Below, one piece after another: positions 44,416 to 55,700 of a stretch of 64,000 nucleotides of DNA. Numbering within the stretch: position 1 is the stretch's first letter; each line of letters starts with the position of its first letter. The notes beneath the pieces are model-generated. The model saw nothing but the letters and a program-made list of their open reading frames with translations. It was not told the DNA's origin and ran no database searches. A program made the translations under genes and the position numbers. Source of the DNA: Iphione sp. A-MEVVRFRX5 (lineage: Eukaryota); assembly GCA_976226885.1 (NCBI GenBank), contig OZ320315.1, forward strand, positions 115,940,001 through 116,004,000, given 5' to 3'.

Positions 44416-45365
44416 CTGTGGTTCTATTGAGATCCCTCGATGCATTCTCGTATTTATGTAGTTTGTTTAAAAATGATTTTATCCCAGATTTAGGAGTCTC
44501 AAGTATTGGGGTGACCTCCTGGGGTGAATGGATTTAATTAGAGTGGATGCATTTGTGAGTTTTCTCATCCAGGTGTGGGCCAACAGAAGAAGTAATTCCC
44601 AACACCAATAATCCGAGATCTTTAAATTCTCACATATATGCAATTCAATGACTGTTTAAGGTTTAAAGTCAGACTGTGGAACTATAAAACTTGCTTGGCA
44701 GTGAGATCAAATAATTTATATTTTCAGTGTTAGATATGTTTCAGATATGTTTCTATGGATGAAGTACAGGGAAGGCCAAAATATAGTTAAGACCTTTTAT
44801 TTGGAGTAAACACATCTGTAGGTACATGTGAATATCTCCTCCCTGGCAGCAGTACTTTTCACAAATACACAGTTCACAATTCTATAGTATGAATTACACT
44901 TGTTTTCAGTATTGCGGTATACAGTTATCATAGTATACAGTTCACAGTTTTGAAGTATACAGATCACAATATAGTGTATATATGAAAAACAGTCATACCT
45001 CTACCTTATATATGTCCTCATTGAAACCTCAGAGAATGTCCTTATGTGAGGAAGAGTCCTTATGTGAGTTCCAATGGTCCATATAGGATCCTGTGTAGTG
45101 TGGTGGCAGAGCTCTGTACTGCATGGGTCCCAGGTCCTGACTGACTGCCTAAGGGGAACCCTGCTCCTTATATAGCCAGAGGCCCTGTGGCCTACCACCT
45201 GTTGGGTGGTCCCTAGTACAACCTATACTGTATGTAATCTCGGAAAACTTTTTATAGAAAGTTATGTCTAAAATAGGGTTTTGTAAGATTATGTAATTGG
45301 ATTTTGGGCCAAAGTTTGCAAATTTTGCATTATTTGGCGAATTAAAATTACACTACTTAAATGGG

Positions 45366-45650
45366 TTGCATTCGTAACCCCGTCTATCAGAAGACGTAAG
45401 AAACTTATCAATCTATCATTTTAAATGGTTTGGGTTATGATTTCAATTTACGTCTTTTCGTTATTTGATGATTTAAAATTATGCTATCTAAATAAGTTGC
45501 ATTTGTAACCCCATGTATCAGAAGGGATAAAGAACCTATGAATCTATCATTTTATAAGGTTCAGTTCATGTTTCCAATTTACGTCTTTTTGCTATTTGAC
45601 GATTTGAAATTAAGCTATGTAAATGAATTGCATTCTTAACCCCATGTATA
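45366..45650. repeat. 131 bp imperfect tandem repeat, about 2.2 copies
   Basis: TTGCATT..TAACCCC at 45366, 45497, 45628. Confidence 0.75.
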
Positions 45651-46423
45651 TAGAATTATGTGGGGATGGGTAAGGAACTATTTTTGTGAGTTGCAGGATA
45701 TTCTGAAATTTCATGACCTGGCAAAGTGGCAATTTATTATTAAACTAATTTAATATGCATAAAACATAACCTAGTTGGTCTAAACAAAATCTTAAGGTCC
45801 TTAGGGCAATTTTTAGTAATTTTTTGAAATTTTTAATTTGATGTAAAATTCATGATTTTTGAGAGAATAAATTTAATTGTGTAAAAAATTACCAAAATAT
45901 ATTCCAAAATATTCTAGACCACCCAAAGTAATTTTAAGGATCTAGATGCGTGATGTAAATTTCTATTTCAGCATAGTGATCAGTCCCCAATTTTTCTTGA
46001 ATTTGTCTGGATTTATTAGCTTATTTTTGCATCCTGGGATATTTTGAAATGGTAAGGGTTGTTTACTCCTTTGTTTGCTTTCAAACAAAGAAAGCCTTTG
46101 TTTGGTAAAGAGTAAATATACACAATTCCTAATACACAGATTCTCTTTTAAATATACCTAGCTTTATCTAAACATGCAGATTTGGTATTGCTGACAGTTA
46201 TAAATGTAGTATTTTGAATGGTATGCTATGTTTAGGCCTTTGTTTGTTTCAAACAGTCTTTGTTTGGTGGGAAGGGTAGGTGATTTCTAAAGCGCAGATC
46301 CCCTTGAAAACAAATACCACTTTACCTAAAATTCAAACTTTGTATCCTTTTTCATTTTTTAATGTAGTATTTCAAGGAGATATTTATGTTTACACTTGTT
46401 TACAAATGTGCACAAAAAAATGT

Positions 46424-46496
46424 TTCCCCATGTGGGGTTTAAACCTCTGACCTTTGGCTTGGGAAGCCAGCACCTAACCCATTGGGCCATTGAGGC
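46424..46496 (-). pseudogene. Decayed tRNA-Arg(CCT)-like gene, anticodon now CCC
   Basis: GCCTCAATGGCCCAATGGGTTAGGTGCTGGCTTCCCAAGCCA...GGTTTAAACCCCACATGGGG matches the animal tRNA-Arg(CCT) pattern; T7 run follows. Confidence 0.6.
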
Positions 46497-46669
46497 CACC
46501 TGTCAGACTGAGAGTTAGAGGTTGGCCTTGTCCCTACATAAGGTTAGTAGAAGTATTCCTTAAATTGAAATAATATATAAGATCATTTCAAAACTTTGAA
46601 TTTTGATGTTAAATTAGTGTTATTTAACAAAATAAGATATGAAAACTCTGTTTCGAAGTGCAAATGAAA

Positions 46670-47297
46670 AAACCTTAACCTCTCACTGATCTCAGTATAA
46701 GAGGACCCCTTTCTCTTTAGAAGGTATTTCTTTAGAGCACCCCAATTTTTATGATGAGCAATGTGTACATGCATAATTCTTGGGAGGAAAGCCTGGGCCT
46801 TTTCAAAACACCTATTCTTCCAAATATGGCACCTGTCATCCCCTCACCCTCTGCTTCTTCTGTCCTATGAATTCCTTCATGTACTCTTCATACTGATGTA
46901 TCCATTCAGCCACTGCATAAGGGTCTGTAGGAAACATACTAGGCCTTTTTGGCATAATAGTCAACCTCTTAGCTAGAGCCTCAACTACATCACCCTCTGC
47001 CATTCTGAACTGTCTCTGTCTTTCTCCCACAAATTCAGCAAAGTTTGGACTTACTGGTGAAATATGTTGTCTGGCAGCAGATGATCTTGATGAGACAGGT
47101 CTGGCAGGGGCTGGAAGAGGGACTGGTCGTTGCGGGAAGCCATCGGAAACCAGCAGCTGGCTTGGGGTGGTCCACCTCACGGGATCAGTTGCTCTCTTGG
47201 AAGGTTTGGTGTCCTTGGGTTGGGAGCTGCAGGTGCTGGTTTGCTCCTGGTCCTCTGTGTGGCTGCTCTGTGTGATCCGCCAGCACTTGTTAGCCAT
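46670..47297 (-). pseudogene. gag: Second, divergent gag copy, truncated
   Basis: MAEGDVVEALAKRLTIMPKRPSMFPTDPYAVAEWIHQYEEY versus E1 MAEEGMIEAFAKRLTIIPKRPGMFPSDPYQVVDWVHQYEDY. Confidence 0.8.
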
Positions 47298-47319
47298 GTA
47301 CAACTGCTGTCAGGTGAAA

Positions 47320-47337
47320 TACCTGGGTTCTCCACCA
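47320..47337 (-). other. PBS, tRNA-Ala-like, with LTR remnant upstream (47338..about 47610)
   Basis: TGGTGGAGAACCCAGGTA preceded by CTTAAAC; AATAAA near 47545. Confidence 0.7.
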
Positions 47338-47610
47338 GTTTAAGATTGAAGACTCCCTGGGGGACTTACTTGGGGGGAAGTGTCCTTTGTGGTGAGAGTC
47401 TTCAGATCTTGCCTGAGATCGATGATGTGGGAGCTCGTGGTTTCCTTCTCTCAGTTTTTTTATATATATTCAAAGTCTCTGCACTATATTTTCTACACCT
47501 TCGTGTATGTGGCTTTAACACTAGCTTTGATTTGAAATTCTTTATTTAATCTGGTTAATTTCTGTACAACTGAATGTATTTGCAACCAGAACTTTTCAAT
47601 TGATATTTTC

Positions 47611-48715
47611 TAATAACATAATAATAATAATAATAATAATAATAATAGATTTTAATTCCAAGATGTCGCCCTGATTAGGGCATTGTTAACACTATGGAAT
47701 GTACATGAACAAAAAGTTGCATATTGTATACTCATTGTTTTCAGTATCTATGATGTTTAAAACATATGATTCGTGCATGTAGTCTAAATTCTTGCATAGA
47801 GATTGTCTCTCTATGTAATGGATCCATTTCATTCCAACATTTTGTGATACTATAATACAATCTGGGTAGGGGCACATAAACTTGTCTACCATCACCTTGT
47901 CTGGTAATTGTGTCATTATTCCTTAAAGGAATAATTCCTAAATTAACCAAATTATGAAATATTGTCAGACCAAAATATAACCTTCTGCAGTATGTACTCA
48001 TCATATTATATTTAATATAGAGATATTCAAAACGAGAACCTTTAATATTGTTATCACATACATTCTTATTCCTATAGTCTACTATTGATAATGCTCTACC
48101 TTGGAGTCATTGTAACCTCTTAAGATCTCTATCAGTGTTACATAGGAGAAACGCAGTAGAATAATCAACATGCGGTTGTATATAACATTTATAAAGTAAT
48201 AATATATCCTGGTATCTTAAATAAATTTTGATTCTGTTTAACACTGCTAATTTGCTTGTGACCTTCTGATGGATGTCTTCCAATTCTTTTTTGAATAGCA
48301 AGTCAGAATCAATCCAAACACCTAGGTATTTATATGATTCAACAATTTCAATATTCTCACTATCTATAGAGAAAATTACATCTTTAGATAGACTACCTTT
48401 GTTCACTATTAGTAATATCTTTGTTTTCTTTACATTTAAATTAATTTGTTACCCGTACACCAATTTTGTAGTTTTACAAAGACTAATTTAGCTCTTTCTA
48501 CTAAACGACCCAAACATGTATCAGATAAACAAATAAGAGTATCATCTGCATAGAGAGTTGTGTTTTCACCCAATGTTGCTGGTAGATCATTTATAAATAA
48601 CGAAAATAACAACGGTCCCAAGGTAGACCCTTGGGGTACCCCATGCAGTATGCTGGCAGTTTTTGACTTAATACCATTTACATAGCAATATTGCGTTCTG
48701 TTTGTTAGATAATTC
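47611..48715 (-). mobile_element. Older CR1/L2-like LINE, 3' half
   Basis: NYLTNRTQY, GVPQGSTLGP, YADD, YKYLG; GCCCT-N4-AGGGC hairpin and (TTA)n tail 47611..47646. Confidence 0.85.
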
Positions 48716-49497
48716 AGATTCAGATTCAGATTCAGATATTTTGATTGAGGTCTCCGCACATGTTTACAGAGTTTTCCACAACAATAGGTATTGGCTATGA
48801 AAAATGGGAATTAAGTGATGGATTATCTTAAATAGAGAAATTGATCATTTAAATAATAGTTACAGTGTTTGGTGAAACTAGAATTTGTATAGGTATTTGA
48901 TAAACATATGAAACAGATTATAATGTAATAACCAAACAAAGGTAACAAGACATTCGAATATTCATAAATGATCGCAGAGGCAAAGTACAATTTACGTCAA
49001 ATTTACACAATATACTTTCGCAGGATACATGATTACATACACCTAGTAATGAACGGCATGACATATAGAAAACAAATTATGTGCAACAAGAGCCACACTC
49101 CCACCACCATCTAACTCGATACAGCAATATGAAATACATACAAGGTAAATACAATTGGTAAGTAAACTGTTACAAAAAATAGCATGGAAAATAGAAGCAA
49201 TTGTCATGGATAAATTAATTCAATATTAAGTAACTGTACATGCATCGGAAAACAATGACTAGTAAACAATAGAGTTGCTCAGAGTTGTTATGCAAAGAGC
49301 TCTTCGCCTGACTTCAATCAAAAATTTACTGAGACATTTACATGGAAACCCTGGTTATACAAGCTCTAAATAAGGCCACAAACATGCCTGTAATTGTACA
49401 TGCCCTCATAGAGCGATACAACACATCTACCACTTCCTAGTTTTATACAGACGATCATAAGAATCACAAGAGAGAGTAGCCTGACTTTACCATGGGC

Positions 49498-51863
49498 TCA
49501 AGTGCACATACTGTCAGGTACCCTTTTGCTAAGCTTTACACTCAAGGGTAGGGCATTCCATTTTACAGTGCCTTTATAGCGAAGTGACTTAGCATACATT
49601 GCACCGGTTGGTTTGCTCACCACTCCACATAGAGTCTGTCCAAGCCTTGTCGTCGTCTTGGCTTTGGAGGGTATTTGCAATGGTTCACCATCTAAAGTTA
49701 GATCCAAATCAGCTCCTGCTGCTCTACCCACCTGCAGGTAGGAACACTTAGAGATACTCAGGACTAGTCCTGTTTTGTGACTCCATTCAGACACAGCACA
49801 GATTACCTGTGAACACCTATCTCGAAGGCAGAGCAGATCCCTAGCACCAATAGTAATTGACAGATCATCAGCATAGATGGTTGGTTTACAGAACTTTGGC
49901 AAATGCTGGACTATGTCATTGATGACCAAGATGAAAGCGTAAGGCCCAACGATTGAACCTTGAGGCACACCATGCTTTACAGGTTTAATCGACGAGACCT
50001 CACCCGACACTTTACTCTCTGGTACCTGTCACTGAGATAACTACTGAAAAAAACCCTTGTCTTAGGACCTACCCCAATTTTCGTTAGTTCAGATAATATT
50101 TTACCATGTGGGATTACGTCAAAGGCCTTTTTAAAATCAAACATTAATATTGTTGTATACAGCCCTTGATTGCAATATTCCTGAGCGTCACCTATGATTG
50201 TCATGATTGCAGTTTCAGTAGATCTTAAACCCCGGAAACCATGTTGTGCCATATGTAACAGTCCCTGTGACTCAATCCAACTCATCATCTTTCCCATCAT
50301 CCATGCTTCCAAAATCTTCCCTGGAAGTGGGAGGATGGTGATTGGACGGTAGTTTGCAATGTCCTCTTTGCTCCCTTTCTTGTAAACTGGTGTTACCCTC
50401 CCCTGCTTCCATGACATAGGGAATGAGCTAGCTAATATGCAATTGACAAACACCCAGGTTAAGAAGGCATGGATTCTAATTAGGACAGGTTTTAAGATTT
50501 TGGTAGGGACACCATCTATTCCAGAGGGTTTTGTTGTCTTTTGTTTCTTGATTAGATCCACTATCTCTCTTGGTTCTGGAATAGGAAGCTCAAACTGTTG
50601 ATCAGTCATACTATTGAGACATTCACGCTCTATTCTTGTGTCATCTACTAGCTTGTCAACCTCACTAATGAAAAAATTATTAAAGGAGTCGGCTAGTTCC
50701 TTATTCCCATTGATACTACTCCCTGCACTAGGTAAGATGTCCTTATTACCTGCTCTTCCCGTCGCCTCATTAAGCACCACCCATGTTCTTCTGGAATCCC
50801 CATGTGCATCACTGAGTCTACTCTGCCACCATACCCTCCTTTCTGATTTTAAGGCCTTCTTAACTTTCTTGTCAAGATACTTGTAAATTCTAAGGTCATC
50901 CAATGAACGGTACTTTCTCCATTTTTTGAAGAAATATTCCCTATCTTTATGTAGGCTATTTAACCCAGCACTAGGCTCAAAGTTGTTTCTATCCAGCCTC
51001 ACCTTTCTACTTTTCTCGGGGCAAGAGGATGCTAGTTCTTCTCTCAATTTAGCCTCAAATTCATCCCATCTCTGCACATGATCTCCTTCCATTATGCCAA
51101 CTCCATTACCTTCTAGGGTTTCACATAAGTCAGGCACATCTACCTTCCCCCATTCCCTGTAATTTTGGGTTTCAGACCTACAGAAGCCCCCACCCTTCTT
51201 TATTGTGACGAATATTGGGAGATGGTCACTCAGGTGCAGAGAACCTACTTCAGACCCCCTATGGTCATCAAAGTTCACCCATAGGTGATCAAGGCATCTC
51301 TCAGAGTCGATCATAGTGGAGTCTGTTACCAACTGCCTCATCCCTCTCCCATGTAGGTAGTTTGCAACCCCTAACCCCACTTTGCATGTATTTGAGAAAT
51401 GGTAATTGAAATCCCCCCCAACCACCCTGTCACTTCGTCTCAGATTGAAAAAGCCTTTCATAGCACGGTCAATAGCTGACACAGAGTCCGATGCCTTGTC
51501 ACCTGGGGGCCGGTAAACACAAAGCAGTTCGATTGGACGTCTCATTCCTGCCTTTAGTTTTATTCCTAAGATTTCTGTTGATGAGTCTGCAACTGTTAAT
51601 ACTCTACTGTCCAGCAAGGTGTAATGTGACCTATAATAAATAATGAGTCCTCCCCCCTTTTTGTTGCTAGTTGAGCACCTATCTGCCCTGACTGTACTGT
51701 ACCCTGGGATATAGACGCTGCTATCCAAGTGATTAGTTGATAGCCAACTCTCAGTTATCCCACAAATGTCAACACCCTCTTTATGGAGATAATCAGCTAG
51801 ACAGTTTTTCTTTTTAGCTATACTCCTTATGTTGTAGAACATTATCTTGGCACCAGGGGCCAT
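49498..51863 (-). pseudogene. LINE ORF2 (APE endonuclease + RT), frameshifted near 50000, thumb region deleted
   Basis: YNIRS, ITESW, SDHLP; NYRPI, DFKKAFD, GVPQGS, YADD; jumps from LDGEPL to the YKG..WNALP tail. Confidence 0.9.
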
Positions 51864-52974
51864 TTCGAAGATAATAGGGATAATAGGACTGAGGTAGTTG
51901 TCAAAAAGTCAGTATCACAGTTAGCAGTGAAAGTTTGGTAGATAATGACCAACCCTTAAATGAAACACATTGTAAGACAGTAGTTCAATACATAAGAGAT
52001 GAGATAAAGCATAGAAGACAATTATGGAAGAGAAAAATTTACACGGCTTCAATGACCATGGGATAAACTGACTAGTATGATACACAGATATATGTGAATC
52101 GCTGTATACAGACAAATCAGGAAGGTTTCAATATAACTAATAACTTGGATATGTACAGGTATTAGCAATCGTTGAGTGTTTACCAATTGCTAGAGAACCA
52201 CCACGCACTCATAAAGGTCGGATGAGTGTGAGAAAGAATACAAATACAGAAACACCGGGGCTATTTCATCCACAATGACTTAGTAGAGTTGGCAGACTCT
52301 GTGAGTAGTGGTATTGAGTTACAAACCCTAGTTCACCTACAACCTACTTGTACCAGACGGTACACAGATCTTACCAAAGATTCAAGTTAGTTATGTACAT
52401 AGATACTGGTTTTTAGTACACTATGTCAATATGTTGTATAGGTGCTCTCTGTCCGTGCTCCCCCGGCAACATCCAGCACCCAGGGTAGTAAAGGAAGAAA
52501 TCTTCCTGATTAAATCACAGAAAAGCTCTCATGAGCAAATCACAAAGAGTAAAGATATGTTTCTTAAACACAACTCTAGATGCCTCCTGACTGACTAGAT
52601 GCGTGTGTGGACCGTCAGTATTTTGCAACTAGAATATATACCAGTAACACATAGACAAACACAGGTCTCACCTAGGGTAGGGGCAGGATATTATAACATG
52701 ATACATAAGTAGATTATTAAATCGATAGTGTAATAGAAGAGATAAATAAAGAACCTGGTAAATATTCATTGCAAACACACCACCAATATTTGGCACTTAA
52801 CATAAGTATATTTGAGGTAACATACTAGGATACTATTGACTCTCAGGCAATCTAGCAAGATATGAACTTTAGTCCAGCCTTGTACTCAGACTGGTGCCAT
52901 GTTCATTGTGCTCACCCAACTGGCTGTTGGTGTATCTGTTGTTGCAGGCACAAAATACCCAGTCCAGGGACATC

Positions 52975-53664
52975 TTATGGCTGTGAATGGTGGAGATGTC
53001 CGAACTCCTGAATGTACTCTGATAGCAGCAGTTGCACCGCGAATGTCCACTCACCCACTACCACCGGTTTGGGGGTGTACCCATCACTGCCTAGTAGTGA
53101 AAAGTTGTTCACAATGTCCCCATCAATGTTTTTACTTACAGGAGTGGAGAATAGGCACGGGTGAAGTCCAATGGAGCATGCTGAGTCCTCGCAATACATA
53201 TTGCTAATGTAGACGGCCATGTCTAGTTTCAGCTGCTCGAGATCGTCGTCAATATCAGGCTCAAATCTCTGTAGGTCCACACTTGGTGACCCACAGAAGA
53301 TCAGATGTGGTTCGCCCTCGCCTGAACTGCAGCGCCTTGCAATTCTGGAGATACTCTTTTGGATCTTCTTCGCGTACTCAGCAGGAGTACCAGTTTGGAC
53401 GCACCACTGGCCAGTCTCCCATCGTAGCCAGTCGTGCGCACCAGCAGCAATTATCACCAGATGAAAACGACCGACGTCTCCATACGACAGCCAACGTGCG
53501 ATGCGCCTGTAACTACAGCGCTCAAGCATGATCAGGTAGATTTTCGTAGGTGGGAGGAGATGCAGGACTCCTTGCAGACCCTTAAACGCTGGGGCAGTTC
53601 GCTCATCCGCGATGATCAGTACATGTGTACGATGCGTGACTGACTCGTACGCTGGGTACTGCAT
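52975..53664 (-). CDS. SGNH/GDSL esterase-fold-like ORF, catalytic residues apparently altered
   Basis: VLIIADE (block I-like), VIIAAGAHDW (GxND-like), GSDGYTP (DGxHP-like); open 229 aa from the first ATG. Confidence 0.5.
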   Translation of the reverse strand: MQYPAYESVTHRTHVLIIADERTAPAFKGLQGVLHLLPPTKIYLIMLERCSYRRIARWLSYGDVGRFHLVIIAAGAHDWLRWETGQWCVQTGTPAEYAKKIQKSISRIARRCSSGEGEPHLIFCGSPSVDLQRFEPDIDDDLEQLKLDMAVYISNMYCEDSACSIGLHPCLFSTPVSKNIDGDIVNNFSLLGSDGYTPKPVVVGEWTFAVQLLLSEYIQEFGHLHHSQP

Positions 53665-53792
53665 CTTCGAAGCTGAAACACATCCAAATGTACATGGTTC
53701 TAGCAAGCATCATTACTCAGAAAGCATTAGCTGGATTGAGATGATACACGATCGATTGCATGATATAGTGTGTACAGCACTAGATCAGTAGT

Positions 53793-55679
53793 CTAACCTA
53801 CTAGTTCTTCTCTTATTGACATTAGGGCCTTTCCCAGAATGTTTTTTCCATCCACAACATTAGTCGACACAGTGTCACCATCAGGCAGGCTCGCAGTACC
53901 CGTTCCCAATTCTGGGTCACGATCCACGTATTTAATAGATCGCTTGCCAGTCGCGATCAGCGCAGCTTTAGCCTCCCTGTTGTTCCTTATAACGTGTCGC
54001 ATCACGTTTTCCATAATTACCTGTGAATTGCAGTCCCATTTTTCTCCTTTCTGCACTTTGCGATTCACTTTCCTTGCCTCATCCACCGATTCGCAGTTGT
54101 TTATTTCTCGCGCGAAATCAAAGTCTCGCTCCAAACGAGATCTTAGGTGGTGGAATGCGACTTCCGGCGATTCGTGTTGTTTACCTTCGAGGATTAAGGG
54201 GGGGAGGCATGCTGGTGATAATAAGTTGTGGTCCCTGTCAAAGCAAAACTCTTTATCAGTTTCGACATAGTTTAGACCATTGGTACGCAGATTTTCCGGC
54301 AAGTATGCAGTATCTTTTGGGGTGTATTTCGTTCCATCTATGAACAAGTCGACGCCCCTGACACTCGCTTTACTGCCATGTGCACGGGCCTTGTAAGCTA
54401 GTCTGCGCTGTTTTCGGTTTATGTCAGTGGCACTGGGAGGTAAGTCTTCCCTGATGAAGATACATTTTAGCTCCTGCTTTGTATTGAGTTTGCCTTTGTT
54501 TTTCAGAATTAGGTTCCTACCCTCTATTGAGTCCAGTAAAACCACCACTCGAATCTTGCTTCTCTGTTCACCTAGAATGTTGTAGTCGACAACTTCAGCA
54601 GGCCTAATGTTCGCCACCATCTTCACTATATGTCGAATCCTTTCACCTAATTTGTTTCTGTGTTTCGCATCTATCCCATCAATAACAACTCTCCGACAGC
54701 GATCTTTCACCTCAATTCTCGTCAAGTCTAGTTTGAGAGTATTGCACTTGTCTCCAATTGCTCTTAAGTGCTCATCCATCTTTATCAATTGTGATTCAAT
54801 TTCAGAGCGCAACTTTGTCGTATGCCTTTGCTCTAATGTTTTCCTTTCCTCCGCTAGTTTCACAATGCTCTCTTTGACACCTGTTAAGTCTGTCCTTATA
54901 GCAGATAATTCACCGTCAACACGCTCCTTGAAAAGAGTGATATCCTTTTCTAGGCTGCTCATAGAGTTAAATATCACATTGTTCATTCCAGAGCACTCGG
55001 TGTCATCCCCAGGGATGTCATTACTTGGAGTTTGATCAGGCGTGCCCTTCGAACCTACGTCCTGGATCACAGGTAAGGACGTGTCCGATCTGGTGACACC
55101 AACCGTCACATCCGATTTTGTTGCATTCCCATTCGTACAAACTGTGTTCTCATCATCATGTTCGACCAGATACCTATCCTGACCTTCATCCTGATCATCA
55201 ATAGATAAGACACAGTCCACAGGATTCTTTGGTATAGCCCCTTGTCCAATGCTGTCACACACTGACACCGACTCCAGGGAACCAGCCATGTCATGTTTAT
55301 GCTGTACGACTTGTGAACCGCTCCCTATTTGCTGGTCCTGTGTGCTGTTCTGTGCAGCAGCAATACTTTCATTAGGACTGTTATTACTGATCCGGTCTGT
55401 CTTGTCTTGAGTAGCCCAAACAATCTCACCTTTGGTCAGCTTCTTGACGATGACCGTTGGTCGCAGATACAGCGGCAACATTTCCCTATTGTCGCCCGTC
55501 AGTTTGAAAATCATATTTGGATCGATCGCATTGCCATTCCCATTGCAGATCCGGTCACCTACGATTCTTGTTGGCAATCTCGGTAGGATGTTTGCCTTGT
55601 ATGCATTCTTTTTGTGAGCTTTAGTTCCCATGTTTACCCACTGAAACTCGATGTCGCCGGGAGAGCACTGGAGCCACAT
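53793..55679 (-). CDS. LINE ORF1: coiled coil + RRM/CTD-like region + C-terminal NADAR (YbiA/DUF1768)-like domain
   Basis: Heptads then RRVVIDGI...IFIREDLPP; C-terminus ESPEVAF...EKW...ALIATGKRSI...DPELGTG...GKNILGKALMSIREEL; likely start at ATG 55631. Confidence 0.8.
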   Translation of the reverse strand: MWLQCSPGDIEFQWVNMGTKAHKKNAYKANILPRLPTRIVGDRICNGNGNAIDPNMIFKLTGDNREMLPLYLRPTVIVKKLTKGEIVWATQDKTDRISNNSPNESIAAAQNSTQDQQIGSGSQVVQHKHDMAGSLESVSVCDSIGQGAIPKNPVDCVLSIDDQDEGQDRYLVEHDDENTVCTNGNATKSDVTVGVTRSDTSLPVIQDVGSKGTPDQTPSNDIPGDDTECSGMNNVIFNSMSSLEKDITLFKERVDGELSAIRTDLTGVKESIVKLAEERKTLEQRHTTKLRSEIESQLIKMDEHLRAIGDKCNTLKLDLTRIEVKDRCRRVVIDGIDAKHRNKLGERIRHIVKMVANIRPAEVVDYNILGEQRSKIRVVVLLDSIEGRNLILKNKGKLNTKQELKCIFIREDLPPSATDINRKQRRLAYKARAHGSKASVRGVDLFIDGTKYTPKDTAYLPENLRTNGLNYVETDKEFCFDRDHNLLSPACLPPLILEGKQHESPEVAFHHLRSRLERDFDFAREINNCESVDEARKVNRKVQKGEKWDCNSQVIMENVMRHVIRNNREAKAALIATGKRSIKYVDRDPELGTGTASLPDGDTVSTNVVDGKNILGKALMSIREELVG

Positions 55680-55700
55680 CTACTCAGGCGCCATAACTGA

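Larger units (their letters stand above)
48716..55700 (-). mobile_element. Three-ORF LINE (CR1/L2-like), 6,985 bp, 5' end apparently complete
   Basis: AATTC duplicated at 48711..48715 and 55701..55705; removal rejoins the older RT as WFSN|YLTNR; (AATCTG)n tail; 5' end TCAGTTATGGCGCC. Confidence 0.88.
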
